From the human T2T-CHM13v2.0 reference genome, Homo sapiens: DNA of 64,000 nt. Both the position numbers and the translations under genes were made by a program. Location: NCBI RefSeq assembly GCF_009914755.1, contig NC_060934.1, one strand, 5' to 3'. The notes below the pieces were generated by a model, which saw only the letters and a list, made by a program, of their open reading frames with translations, did no database searches and was not told where the DNA came from. Numbering within the stretch: position 1 is the stretch's first letter; each line of letters opens with the position of its first letter. Positions 1 through 15,153 of this stretch are shown here, one piece after another.

Positions 1-108
1 GGGGTTTCACCATGTTAGCCAGGATGGTATCCATCTCTTGACTTCATGATCCTCCCACCTTGGCCTCCCAAAGTGCTAGGATTACAGGCGTGGGCCACCG
101 AGTCCGGC
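1..108 (-). mobile_element. Alu, 5' part (cut by window edge)
   Basis: Reverse-strand Alu left arm ending in ccggcc. Confidence 0.9.
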
Positions 109-544
109 CGCATGTTTTTTTTTTTGTTTTGTTTTTTGTTTTTTCAAACCATTGCAAACTTATAGAGAAGTTCAAAATGCAATACAAAAACCTGTTTTCC
201 CAGCTTGAACCACTGAGATTAAGCTGCTGGCCTGATGCCCCATAAAGTCTATGGTATATCTCCTACAAGCAAAAATGGACATAACCACAATACAACCATT
301 AAAACAGTTAACCCAGTACATGAGGACCATCTAATCCTAGCCCCCATTCAAGTTTCTCCAAATGTCCCAATCATTTATTTTAGGGAAGAAATAGGATCTG
401 GTTGAGAATTCACGCTGCAGGTAGCTGTCAGGTCTTTGTCGTCTCCTCTAAGCTGAGAATTTCTCTTTCCTTGACTTTCGTGACCTTGGCAATTGTGAAG
501 ATTGCAGGGGCAATTGTTTTGTATTATGTCCCTCTATGTACAAT

Positions 545-773
545 TTTTTTTTTTTTTAACATGACCTTGCTCTGTTGCCCAGGCTGGGGTGCAGTAGTGC
601 AATTACAGCTCATTGCAGCCTCAGCATCCCAGGCTCAAGCAATCCCCCCACCTCAGACTCCCAAGCAACTGAGACCACAGGCTCACAGCACCATTCTTGC
701 TTGATTTAAATGTTTTTTTGTTTTATTTTGTTTTGTTTTTAGAAATGGGTTCTCATTCTGTTGCCCAGGCTGG
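545..773 (-). mobile_element. AluJ, truncated
   Basis: Poly-T followed by ttgctctgttgcccaggctgg...gctcaagcaatcc. Confidence 0.8.
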
Positions 774-990
774 AGATTTGTCATTTGTTGATTCTTGATT
801 CATTCATCGGTATTAGTCCATTCTGGCATTGCTATAAAGAAACACCTGAGACTGAGTAATTTATAAGAAAAGAAGTTTATATGGCTTATGGTTCTGCAGG
901 CTGTACAGGAAGCACAGAAGCATCTGATTCTGGGGAGACCTCAGGGAACTTATGGTGGAAGGCAAAGCTGGAGCAGGCATCTTCACATGG

Positions 991-1356
991 GGTATTAGCC
1001 TGTTCTCACGCTGCTAGTAAAGACATACCCGAAACTGAGACTGCATAATTTATAAAGGAAAGAGGTTTAATGGACTCACAGTTCCATATGGCTGGGAAGC
1101 CTCACAATCATGGCAGAAGGCAAAGAGGAAGCAAAGGCACATCTTACATGGCAGCAAGTAAGAGAGCGTATGCAGGGGAACTCCCCTTCATAAAACCATT
1201 CGATCTCGTGAGACTTATTCACTATAACAAGAACAGCATGGGAAAGCCCCACCCCCATGATACAGTTACCTACCAGGTCCGTCCCACGACATGTAGGAAT
1301 TATGGGAGCTATAATTCAAGATGAGATTTGGATGGGGACACAGCCAAACCATATCA
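991..1356 (-). mobile_element. THE1C-type MaLR solo LTR
   Basis: THE1 termini with perfect 5-bp TSD CATGG (986-990 and 1357-1361). Confidence 0.85.
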
Positions 1357-1458
1357 CATGGCCAGGGCAGGAGGAAGTGGGGCTTTGGGAGGAGGTACCA
1401 CACACTCTTAAACAACTAGATCTCATGAGAACTCTATCACTATACAGTACAAAGGTGG

Positions 1459-2017
1459 TGTGATGGTTAATACTGAGTGTCAACTTGATTGGATTGAAAG
1501 ATGCTAAGTATTGATCCTAGGTGTTCCTGTGAGGGTGTTGCCAAAGGAGATTAACATTTGAGTCAGTGGGCTGGGAAAGGCAGACCCACCCTTAATTTTG
1601 GGTGGGCACCATCTAATCAGCTGCCAGCATGGCCAGGATATAAAGCAGGTAGAAAAAGGCTAAACTGGCTTAGTCTCCCAGCCTACATCTTTCTCCTGTG
1701 CTGGATGCTCGCTGCCCTCGAATGTTGGACTCCAAGTTCTTCACCTTTGGAACTTGGACTGGCTTTCATTGCTCCTCAGCTTGCAGATGGCCTATTGCAG
1801 GACCTTGTGGTAGTGTGAGTTAATACTACTTAATAAACTCATTCACTCTCTCTCTATCTTTCTATATATATATACATATATACATATATATATATACACA
1901 TATATACATATATACATATATATATACACATATATACATATATACATATATATATACACATATATACATATATATATATATAATATTAGTTCTTTCCCTC
2001 TAGAGAACCCTAATACA
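1459..2017 (+). mobile_element. MLT2A (HERV-L) solo LTR
   Basis: tgtgatggttaatactgagtgtcaacttgattggattg...taataca. TSD ggtgg/ggagg. Confidence 0.85.
1862..1981. repeat. (TA)n/(TATACA)n compound microsatellite inside MLT2A
   Basis: Directly visible. Confidence 0.95.
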
Positions 2018-2399
2018 GGAGGGATGGTGCTAACCCATTTATGAGAACTTTGCCCCCGTGATCCAGTCACCTCCCACCAGGCCCCACCTCCAACACTGGG
2101 GATTACAATTCCACATGACGTTTGGTGGGGACACGGATCCAAACCATATCAGCATCTTTGGCAGGGATATCGCAGAAACACTGTGCTCTTGTCATGGCAC
2201 CCTACCTAGGACACACGACTTCCATTTATCCCATTGATAAGGATCTTCACTTTGATCGCGTAAGTCTGCCTGGCCTCTCCATTGTCAATGTCTTGTTTTC
2301 CCCTCTTGTAATTAGTAAATTTGGGAAAAGGAGGACGGGTACTTTGACACAATGTCAATATCCTGTTCCTCACCAAACTCTAAACTTATTGTGTCTTTT

Positions 2400-2680
2400 G
2401 GTCCCCGATCAAGGCAACTTCCCCACCCCCCACAATTGGGATATCTGACAATGTCTGGAGACATTTTGGATTGTAACAACTGTGGCCACTAGAAAATCTA
2501 AAATTTCGTTGGTGACTGGCATTCTCTGTCTGCTGGATGGCACTAGTGTAAAGCACTGGTGTAGTGGGTGGAAGCCAGGGATGCTGACACACATCCTACA
2601 TCACGCAAGGCAGCCGAACCCATGACAAAGAATCGTCCACTCCAAAAGGTCAAGAGCATTGGTGCTGGGAGATCATGGTT
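2400..2680. mobile_element. MER20 hAT-Charlie DNA transposon
   Basis: caatgtctggagacattttg...gaagccagggatgctg...acaaagaat core motifs. Confidence 0.7.
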
Positions 2681-3959
2681 TATTTAGTTATACTTGCATG
2701 GCTTTGCAGCTTGCTATTTTAGCTGACGGGTTATAATCTATCATTATTATTTACAGTGATGGTTAAATTGCCCCTGATTTGGCCAGTATGAGTCCATCCA
2801 AGCTGGCTTATTAGTCCTTTCGACACACGCCCTCATTCTTGCAGCACTTTCTTGCCTTCTGACACAAGATATTCAGGTTCATCTTGTATTTTTTCTGCCA
2901 CAGTCCTGGAATCAGCCATTTATCCCATGATCTCTGGTTCCTTTTTGTGGGAAATAATATTTATAAGCCAAAATTCAGGCACTAGATGTGCTCATTACTT
3001 TGGGGTGGGGGGGAGTCAGGTACCCTCGGCCCCTCTCAGTGGTCAGAGCTAGGGAATAACACACTCCTAACACCTGTACTGATTTCACTGTCTACTTCTA
3101 TTTTTAAACACCCTACGTTCACCCCAATCTACCCAATTCCAATACATCTCAGGGCTCATTCTAGTTTTCTCCCTTCCCGTATTTGTAATTCTCTCCTCTA
3201 ACGACGAGAACTCCGCTTCGTTGGCCTTTAAACCGTTTACTTATTTAATAAATGCCCCTATATAGAGCTACATAAAATGGTTATCTTACAGTGAAACCGG
3301 GACAGCTCTGTGCTCATCTGCAAGGACACCTGGAAGTTTGGTACTGATTCTTAATCAAGATAAGGAGGAGTGGGCCAGCTTAAAGTTAAAAACGCCCCTG
3401 GTGGTCCCCAGAGCCAGCTTGCTTGAACATTCAGGGAGGTGCGGATCGGATCGATGCCTTACACCTGGACACAGGGCCTGGGTTGGCTTGGTGACTGGCC
3501 AAGCACAGAAGACAGTGCTTGATGTTTCTGCCCAGGCTCTCCTGACACCAAGATTCCTTGGACACGTGTTGATGGTTCATAATCTGGAGACAAAATGTGC
3601 CCTTTGGAGCCACAACAGTGAGTCTCTTGGGTCACTGATGCTGGCTTGTGCTTTCTTCCTACAGCTGAACCACCTCCTGTGCTTTTATTAAGTCTTCACG
3701 TGAGCAGGTGCTGTGGAATCTTGCGAGCCCTTTCAATTATCCAACACGTGTTCCACTATGTAGAGCAACCAATCTCCCCATCACCCCTTCCTCCTCACTC
3801 TGCCCTGATACTAAACTCCATGCCAGGCCACCTCCACCAGGACGCCCTCCTCACTCTGCCTGGGCCCCGACTTGCCCAACCCGCACGGCTGCTCCCTTCA
3901 CCAAGGCGCCAATGCTCCCCCGCAGGCCACCCCTGAACGCCTCTGTTTTCCTGTCCCAC

Positions 3960-4313
3960 TGATATGGTTAGGCTGCGTCCTCGCCCAAATCTCACCTTGA
4001 ATTTTAATAATCCCCACATGTCAAGGGCGGGGCCAGATGGAGATAACTGAATCATGGGGAGTGGTTTCCCCATACTGTTCGTGTGACAGTAAATAAGTCT
4101 CACAGGATGTGATGGTTATATAAATGGGAGTTCCCCTGCACACGCTCTCTTACCTGCCCCCATGTAAGATGTCCCTTTGCTCTTCCTTCATCTCCTGCCA
4201 TCACTGTGAGGCCTCTCCAGCCATGTGGAAATGTGAGTCCATTAAACCTCTCTCTTTATAAATTACACAGTCTTGGTATGTCTTTATTAGCAGTGTGAAA
4301 ACAAACTAATACA
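3960..4313 (+). mobile_element. THE1C-type solo LTR
   Basis: tgatatggtt...ctaataca termini. TSD cccac/cccag. Confidence 0.85.
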
Positions 4314-4749
4314 CCCAGTTAATGGCTTTAGGACTGAATTGTTACAGAATGGCACAGAAAGAGGCTAAGGGGAAGAAGAAAAGCATTTTTGTGGCTTTTA
4401 AACAGAATCCTGATAGTGGTTTCCCACATCATGGTTAAGATTTTATACGCTGCAGAAATCTCACACATTTTTATTTCTTTGAGTTCAGATTTTTCTGTCC
4501 ACCAGACAAAGCATTGCTCTATCCCTGAGATGTATAGTCTGACATGAAAAAAATCTCCCCAGAAATCCCTGATAACAAACAAGATTATTAAATAGATTCA
4601 TAGATGTATCAGTTAAGACTATGCTCAGCTTCATGTAAGAGCAAACCACACTCAACAGGAGTTACACAAAACAGGAGTTTCTCTCATAGGCAGTCCAGAG
4701 GCCCCTGGTTTCCCGTTACCAAGCCATCCCCTATGCATGGCTCCCACCT

Positions 4750-5119
4750 TGCTAGGGACTACACATTTGAACGTTTTCCCCAAAAAATTCATATACGGAA
4801 GCCCGAATCCCCAGTGTATGGTATTGGGAGGCGGGGCCTTTGGGAGGTGATTAGGTCATGAGGGTGGAGCCCTCATGAATGAGGTTAAGTGCCTTCATAA
4901 GAGGAGACATGTGAGACACGATCTCTTTCTCCACTGGGTGAGGATACAAGAAGGTGGCCTTCCACAAATCAGTAAGACAGCCCTCACCGGACACAATGCA
5001 TCCGTCAGTACCTTGATCTTGCATTTTCCAGGCTTCAAAACCACGAATAAAAAACTTCTGTTGTTTAAGTAACCCAGTCTATAGTATTTTTGTTATAACG
5101 GCCAGAGCTGACTAAAACA
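4750..5119 (+). mobile_element. MLT1A-type MaLR LTR, probably inside an older MLT1 remnant (~4600-5400)
   Basis: ggggcctttgggaggtgattaggtcatgagggtggagccctcatgaat core. Confidence 0.7.
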
Positions 5120-7078
5120 CACCTCAAGATCCAAGACGACAGCCTGAGCTCAGCCATCACATCTACATTCCTCTCAGGAAAAAGGAAAGGATAAAGAAGG
5201 CTTCCTCCTTCAGGACACTTCCAAGAAGTTGTACAAGGTATTTCCACTTACAAGCAATTAATCAAAATTCAGTAACACAGTGATGCCTAGCTACAAGGCT
5301 GGCTTCTGGGTGACCACGTGCCAGCTAAAAATTAGGGGTTTTATTACCAAGAAAGATGGGTGAGCTGCAACTGGCAGACAATTAGCAGTGTCTCACACCT
5401 GCAGACCATCCATCTGAGAGTCACTGAAGTCAAAAGAAAACTGAAGGTACTCCCATCTTCCCTTAATTTCTCCGAAAATAGCACAAGCAACTAATTAGCA
5501 AGGAAAAAAAAATGTTGCTCTTCTCAAAAAAGTGCAAAGTTCACAAGCTCAGGTTCACGAGGACAGATTTAATGAGGGAAAACTGGTTCTTTTCAGTCAT
5601 TTCATTGTGTCCTTTCAACAAACACTTAGCAGGAGAGAAACTAAAAAAGTTTAAAAGTTGTGTTTTCTTTTCTTTTTCTTTAATGGAGAAGAGAAATTCA
5701 GTCGTTGCTTCAGCCGATCACACCACTAGAATGTATTTTTCTTTCTCACTCTTGCCACAGGACCACATGGTAAAGTAGGTAAGAGGAAGAAAAACAAGAG
5801 CAGAAAAGAAAAAGTTAATAAAAGATCTTTGAGAAAAATATTTAGGGCAACAAAGGACTCCAGGTCGGGTCTGCAGGGAAGGCAGTGAAGCTGAAAGAAT
5901 CAACAGACCCCCACAAAGCCCGGTCAGGCAAAGACCAAGTGGAGACAGACATATTTATACAACCAGTCACTCCTTTCCACTCGGGAATGGTGAGTTCACT
6001 GTGAGTCTTGTATGGAAACTGAGCTGTTAGAAAAGAAGGGAGAAAAGGTCTACCGAAATAGAATGGGTTATTTAAAAGTACAAAAGCTGCCCCCGTTGAA
6101 CGTGTCGGGAAAATGGGAGCAGGCTGTACCACTGACCCGCTACTGGTGCCTTGCTGACCGTAATCACACCTGGTAGATTTTCTGCTGTGTTGATAACATC
6201 TTCTAATGCTCCTGCTAACCAGACACCATTCAGAATGAGCTCCCCCAAAGCAGTGAGAACAAACTGTTATTAAAATTCCTAAAGCAATATTCAACTATGC
6301 TTTGCCCGGGCATTTTCAGAGTAGAATACATTTCAAAATTCAACTCAGTAACTAAGAAAACGTGTTGACGTGCACAGTTAAATACTACAGTGCCTTGGTT
6401 ATCATTCTACTCTAGCCTCTTTAGGAATGTTATTTAGGTGAACGTTGGATCTGGCCAAAATGAACAGAGGGAAGCAAAATCAATGGGAGGGAAGCATTTG
6501 TGGGGTGTGGGGGCAGGGTGAGGTTGCTGGCACTGTCCCTGTGATTTATGATTTTTTTATTCTTGAGCCAGGAAGGGAATCAGCAGGAAAATGCTCAAAA
6601 GGAACTAGTTGGTTCAATAATTTCAAAAGAAAGACAATCAAGGACTCACGCAGGCACTTATTGACTGGATATTTACTGATCACACTCAGAGCGCCGGCCG
6701 TCTCTACCTTGGAGATTCTCTTAGAGGCAGCATCGACCACACATCCTGATTAGCCTGGAATGGTCTTGGATTATACCAGCTGTCCCTCTAAAAAATGTCC
6801 TGGTTTGGAGGATAAGCTACACGACCACACAACTTACGGAACAGAGAATATGGACCAACCACCTAACACGCTAGGTATAAGAATCATGGACACTGAGAGG
6901 TGGATTTAGAAAGACAATGGCAGTTCAGAAAGAGATGTTACTTATCGTAGGATGACAAACTGAGAAATGCTTTAGGGTAGAGAGTACACCATGCACCCAG
7001 GGGACCTACACAACTCACGGGTGATGGAGTCAATCCCAGGCTTATCTGAGCACAGAGATGAAAAACAGGGAAGGCATA

Positions 7079-7463
7079 TGATAGGGTCTGGCTCTGTGTC
7101 CCCTCCTAAATTTCATGTTGAATTGTAATCGTTTGTGTTGAGGGAGGGACCTGGTGGGAAGTGACTGGATCATGGGGGTGGATTCCCCCTTGCTTTTCTC
7201 ATGATGGTGAGTGAGTTCTCACCAGATCTGGTTGTTTGAAAGTGTGTTAGCACCTCCCTATTTGTTCTCTCTTTCTCCTGCTCCCATCACGAAGACGTGA
7301 TTTCTTCCCCTTCGCCTTCCACCATGATTATAAGTTTTCTGAAGCCTCCCAGCCATGCTTCCAGGTACAGCCTGTGGAACTGTGAGCCAATTAAACCTCT
7401 TTTCTTCAGAAACTACCCAGCCTCAAGTAGTTCTTTATAGCAGTGTGAGAACATACTAATACA
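7079..7463 (+). mobile_element. MSTA-type solo LTR
   Basis: MaLR termini. TSD gcata/ggata. Confidence 0.8.
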
Positions 7464-7527
7464 GGATATAACATGGAAGGAGTGGTCAGTATTTTAATGG
7501 AGTAAATTCAGAAAAATCAAAGAACTA

Positions 7528-7790
7528 GCTGGAGTGCAGTGGCATGATCTTGGCTCACTGTAACCTCCACCTCCCAGTTTCAAGCAATTCTCGTGCCACA
7601 GCCTCCTGAGTAGCTGGGGTTACAAGCATGCACCACCATACCCAGCTAATTTTTCTATGTTTAGTAGAGACAGGGTTTCACCATGTTGGCCAGGCTGGTC
7701 TCGAACTCCTGACCTCAGGTGATTCACCTGACTTGGCCTCCCAAAGTGCTGTGATTACAGGCGTGAGCCACCTGTCAAAAAAAATAAAAA
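7528..7790 (-). mobile_element. AluS with inverted body and plus-strand A tail
   Basis: Minus-strand Alu body 7528-7772 lacking its T-tail, followed by tgtc + A-rich tail. Confidence 0.75.
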
Positions 7791-7807
7791 TAAAAAATAA
7801 AAAAACT

Positions 7808-8107
<300 letters not shown>

Positions 8108-8662
8108 GAAAAATCGAAAAACTAAAACTCCTAGAGAAAGAATCATTATGTCTAGATAACTCATGGAAGCAGGTATCAGTATTTGAAATAGGTCCCGCTT
8201 TTTCCTCTTCTTCAGGATAAAGTAGACAATATAAGGAAGGCAAAATAAGCAGGATAAAATCCACAGCCCTGTAAGATGACATTACAGACTCGTTCCCAAG
8301 GTGGCCCAACTTATCACAAAGATGTGGAACTCTGGAACTTGTCTCCATAGTTTTCAATCTGGCAAATTAGGAAGCAAATGATTCCTTTAGTAGCACTTCA
8401 GAGATGGGAAAAAGTTCTAGTGTCACAGAATGGCACTTACATCCAGACAGATGAGGGCGAACAAAGCCAGGATGAGACACGGGAAATGAGGCCTGAAAAC
8501 ACACAAAATGATATGGAACTTGGAAGTTTCTAAGATCTTCTCATGGGTGAGCATTGGCCATCTTGGACTCTAAATGAAAGGTTCTGTAACGTTGGTCATA
8601 AAAACTAGACTGCAATCACCAGTTCAGCTCACAGACTGTGCATTCCGAATGAAAGCCACTAA

Positions 8663-8986
<324 letters not shown>

Positions 8987-10270
8987 AGGGCTTTTTCACA
9001 CCTCTTGTGGTTTCAAATGTAACATGCTGGAAGAACCACCATACCTTCTAGAATATTCAAAGGAGTCTGCCTTGTTTTAGCACTGCAGGCTGCACTATTC
9101 CAATTCTGCAAGATTCTACAAGTTGCACTGTAGACAGAACCCTCGGCAGTTGTGCACAGAGACAGCCACGTTAATGCAAATCATCCCAGAGTTCTAGACC
9201 ACAAAGAATTAACTGGATCTTAACATACAGCACGGTGTAAATGGCTTTTCCATTTTGGTTCCCTGGTGGACTAGAAACAGCCACAGCTTTAAATAACCCT
9301 CATCAGAGGCTCCACAGGAATGTGGAAGCTGGCCAGATGTCAGCACCGGGCAGCAATGCTGACCAACTTGAGCTCTGCATCTCCGTGATGCTGCTTAAAA
9401 CGCCTGCCCATGTCGCATGGCTGAAGTTATTTCACCCTTGGTAGTAGGACACAGATTCTGATCTACTTACGTATGCAGGTTCTGACAATGTATTAAAATG
9501 AAGACAGACAATAAAATATTTGATATCAATAAATAATAAAAATATCATATTCACCAACACACCAGAATCATAAAAAGCTTTCTTCTGAATTTTGTTCATA
9601 AGGTAAAACTTTTAAAATATCACGGTGGGATGAAAGCTTTTCCTTATTTCACAACTAATTAGTGTGCAGGGTTACTGAAACTCTTCAGTAGTAAGTTTTC
9701 AAAACACTTGAAATTTTGAATACTTGACTGAATTCTACTATTTATAGATAAAGGGTCTATCAATCACAATTAAGTCCTCTCTCAATCAATGACAAAACAA
9801 TTGAACATAAATGACAACTGAAAAAAAAAGATGGCCCCTGTTTCTACACATAATAGCAGCAAATTCACCTATCTTGAGAACCCCCCATGAGCTGGTCACT
9901 AATTGGAGTCTATGAGTCCATCAGGACATTAAGGAGAAAGAAGACAGACAGACCCAAGACACTGGTATTTAAATTATGGAGCCCACATCATTCTTGTCCA
10001 AACACACAGTTTTTGCTCCAGGAAAAAATACACAGAAAAACTATTTCTGAAGATGCCTGAGAGAATTAAAGAGAAAAATATAGTAAGCCACCTAAGATAT
10101 GCAGTCACTGGATGGTATTAACAAAACTTGGTGAGCTACAGCTACTCTGCAAGCCACTGTACTTCTTTGGTGGGACAGGGATAGAATATGAGTGAGATGC
10201 AGCTGCTGCCCTCAATGAGCTTCCTCTGCAATAAGGAGATGAAATAAAACACTAGGATACAATACAGAAA

Positions 10271-10760
10271 GTGATGGTGAATGTTATTTGTCAACTTGAC
10301 TGGGCTACGAGATACCCAGATAGCTGGTAAAATGTTCTTTTCCAGGGTCTGTGAGGGTGTTTCCAGAAGAGATTAGCATTTGAATCAGGGGACTGAGTAA
10401 AGAAGACCTACCCTTGCCAATGCAGGTGAGCAATAACCAATTCATTGAGCGCCTCAATAGAATAAGAAGGCAGAGGAAGGGAGAATTCATGAAGATCCAT
10501 CTTCTCCTGCCCTCAGACATCAGAGTTCCTGGTTCCTGGGCCTTCAGATTCTGGGACTTGCATCACTGACACGCACCCCTCCTATGACTCTCCAGCCTTT
10601 GGCCTTGCACTAAATTACATTACCAACTGTCCAGGTTCTCCAGCTTGCAGACAGCACATCATGTGACTTCTTAGCCTCCATAATCACCTGGGCCAATTTC
10701 CATAATAAATCTCCATATATATATTGCCTATGGATTCTGTTTCTCTGGAGAACTCTGACA
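10271..10760 (+). mobile_element. MLT2C/D-type ERVL LTR
   Basis: gtgatggtgaatgttatttgtcaacttgactgggct...ctggagaactctgac. Confidence 0.75.
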
Positions 10761-11451
10761 GGCAGACTTGTACCATAAAAGTACTAAGGTGCTTTGAAAC
10801 TCCCATTAAAAGGGAAGTGCCTGAAAATTTTTTTAGGGTTAATAAAACCTTCAAGGACCAGAGTCCATTTTGTTTTATTTCTAACTACCTTCCTCCTCTG
10901 TCTCTTCTTTTTTCTTTTTAGCTTGTTTGTATTGACTAATTTTTCTAGCATAAACTATTTTATTTGTGTAACACAAAACTTATGCAGTTTTAGAAATCAT
11001 GGTTATAGAATGTTGGAGCCAAAGGAACTCTAGAAATCAAACAACTTAAGCTCCTCAATTTACAGATAAGAAAACAGTGGGCCAGAGAAGTAAAGGTATT
11101 CTAAGATTCCACGGGCCAGCAGAATCAGAACAGAGTACAATCAAGGTTTCCAGATTCTAAATCTTGAGCTTCTTCTTTGCAAACTGGAAAATTATTATTG
11201 ACACCTGGATGGAATGTCCTTTATGACAGCAATTCCAACCATAATAAAAATAATATAAACCTGAATGGAAAATTCCTTCCTATCTAGAATAAAATAAGAC
11301 ACAAAAGCAAAGCAAAGAACGCACAGTTCCTAGCAGGTGAGACCTGCCCTGTCATCCCATGAGATCCTGAGAAAAATCACTGGATTGTTCTGGAGCACAA
11401 ATTCCTCATCTTTAAAATGAAACAAATAAAAGAGAGAAAAAAGATTATTTA

Positions 11452-12050
<599 letters not shown>

Positions 12051-14297
12051 GAACCCCCTAAAAGCTGTTTCCAAACAAGAAGCTGATTAATTCTGATACT
12101 GTCTTACTGGCTAAACAAATATGCCACCGGTTGCATCCACAATTTGCCAACTGCATGGCATTTTATGATGTTCAAAAGACAAGGAGTTTAAGTACACAGG
12201 TTGTTTTTTTGCCAAAGTTAAGACATGAGCAGTATTAACTGTGCACACTTTGCATTTCAGAAAATTGGGTGTATCTTCAACCCCCCGGACCCCTAAACAA
12301 GCCGCCCAGGTGAGGCACCGGCACCCTCTTCCCAGGGGCTGATGTCAGACGTTTCTCTATCACTCTCCATTCTCCGCTTGAGCAGCAGCTCTCTGCGTCC
12401 GCCTCAACCTTCCCCCATACTTCTCACCTGAACCTGGCCCCACATTTCCCTGGGAAAAGTAAACCTTCTTTTCAAGCAGGAGGAGCTGGAATCCTAAACC
12501 TGCTGTCTGTACAAAAGCCACATGACTCTTGGAGCTCTAAGAGTTCTAAGTCCCTCAACAGTCACTAAATATTAGAAGACCATGGTGTGCCACCTGCTCT
12601 TACCCGAAGGCAAAACATGATTTGGTCTCGTAGGCAGCTCAACCATTATTTTTAACCTTGGATTTTGATTCTCTCCCCACATGTCATCCCTTATCCTGGC
12701 CTCCAAGTGTTGCCTTCTCCAATCCTATAACCAGTCACCTAGATTGACATTGATCATCAATCAGCCCCTAAGTCAAACTTAGGTGTGTTTCTTCTGATCT
12801 GCTCCAGGGCCTCGCTACGTCTTCACTGTGTGTGATGTCTCTTCTCCCAGTCCTGCTCCAGTCCATTCCCTCCACCTTTCTCTCAACACTGCAAACAAAT
12901 CTGCCATCAATGACACCCACAAACCCTCACCCTCTTGTTCTTTCCTCACCCCAAAGGCCCATTAGACTCTTCACCCCTAAATCCCCCTCTTATCAGAGCT
13001 CCCACAATGGCAGCTTCAAAACAGACTATGCCACTGCTCAACAAGTATGAAATTGTCAAACTGTTCATCACAATGATCATTTTTTGAGTACCTGGTCTGC
13101 ATCAGATACTACATACACATTATCCTTCATTTGAGGAGAAGCTTATTTTTCCCACTGTACCAAGGAGGAAAAAGTGTAGGTGCAGGAAACGTGGAGGCAG
13201 CATGGCAGATTTTAGGAATCCTGAAACCCTACATCAAAATAGAGAAACTAGGCAGCAAGAAAAAATTCAAGGACACAATTTACAACAAAACTAGGTTATA
13301 AAGTGTCCCCACAAAAAACTCCAAAATACAAGTAGATGAGGACAAGCTACCAGTAACCCAAAGATTGGCATGATATCAGCATGCATGTGACGAAAGCAGA
13401 GAGAACCCAAGGGGCAACTAACAAACTTGACAACTGAGAACCCCCGAATAGCTAAACAAATTCACCAGAAAGCCCAGAAGACCTCTGTGAGAATAGCAGC
13501 TGAAATTAGGAAGGGTTTGCCCATTCCAACAGCAGGGCCTGCAGTAGGGTCTGATGGATTAGGACAAGTCTAGGCCCTGTGACCTGGAAACTGACCACCT
13601 AGGGCTCCCTTGCAGGACAGGGCCTAGAATCAAAGCTGGATAAGACAGAAATAATAGAGACCAATGATAGAGGCACACTGCCTATAGGGTAGCCCTACTC
13701 CACAAGGAGCAGTAAGTAAAAATAAAACGCTTTTAAAAAGAGAGAGAAAAAGAGACCAAGGATAGAGAAGATCCAGATAAAAGTGGGCAGAAGGACTGAA
13801 CCAAGTCATCTGAAAGCAAGCCACTGTATTTCTGAAAACTACATAAAATCAACCAGAGGACAGAGCTCTGTAAAGTTAGAAAAGCTATCTAGAACTAAGC
13901 CTTCCTCTGAAAGTTTAGGAAAATTAATTTCATTTAAAAATGAGCAACATAAAAAATATTGGGAGCAAATCCCATAACGTTATTATGGAATAAAAGGAAA
14001 AAGAAAGTGTAGAAGAACATCATTGACCATGAAAACTCACTAACCAAAAAGATGCCCAGAACACAGGGCAAAACTATAATTGACTATTTCAAAACAAGGT
14101 AAAAAGCCATTACAACAATGATACATGACACAAAACAGAAACATAAATCTGATTTCCAAAAATTCAGCAATAAAGGGACAAAACTTAAGAAAAAAATTAG
14201 AAACAAAAAAAATTATTTCAGAAATGAAAGCTAAATTCAAAGACATATAAGAGCAAATAAACACAATACGTAATACTTTACAAGAAACAGAAGTTAA

Positions 14298-14612
<315 letters not shown>

Positions 14613-14787
14613 TAAAACAAAGAAATGAAGCAAGAACAGGGATCTGGGCAAAAGTGACAAATATTAAAGATGGGCAAAAAAATCAACATACAGACCCCAG
14701 AAAACCATAAAGAACATAAGGAAAGAGCTCATAGACTAAAAATCACAATAAAAATACTTTCTTGAAATAAAAGGTATTTAAAAGTTC

Positions 14788-15153
14788 TGATATGGTTAGG
14801 CTGTGTTCCCACCCAAATCTCATCTTGAACTGTAATCCTCATAATCTTCGTATGTCAAGGGAGAGACCGGGTGGAGATAACTGAATCATGGGGGTGGTTT
14901 CCCCCATACTGTTCCCCCGATAGTGAGTTCTCATGAGATCTGATGGTTTTATAAGGGGCTCTTCCCCCTTCGCTCAGCACTTCTCCATCCTACTGCCTTG
15001 TGAAAAAGGCACCTTGCTTTCCCTTCCGCCATGATTGTAAGTTTCCTGAGGTCTCCCCAACTATGCTGAATGGTGAGTCAATTAAACCTCTTTCCTTCAT
15101 AAATTACCCATCTTGAGCCGTTCTTTGTAGCAGTATGAAAACAGACTAATACA
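14788..15153 (+). mobile_element. THE1D-type solo LTR
   Basis: tgatatggtt...cagactaataca. Confidence 0.85.

Larger units (their letters stand above)
809..2151 (-). mobile_element. MSTB-type MaLR solo LTR split by two nested LTRs
   Basis: Ends gtattagtcc...aaaccatatca. Pieces at 809-985, 1362-1453 and 2023-2151. TSD tcatc/gcatc. Confidence 0.8.
145..3250 (-). mobile_element. Old L1MC-type 3' region, fragmented by Alu, LTR and MER20 insertions
   Basis: Motifs resembling the L1MC4/5 3' end at ~145-540, ~2160-2390 and ~2690-3250. Highly diverged. Confidence 0.5.

Noticed and set aside
1843-2142. ORF with YIYICIYV repeats
   Set aside because: Translation of the TA microsatellite.
5842-6294. 150-aa minus-strand ORF in non-repeat intron sequence
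   Set aside because: Non-ATG start, no homology I recognise and no clear exon boundaries.
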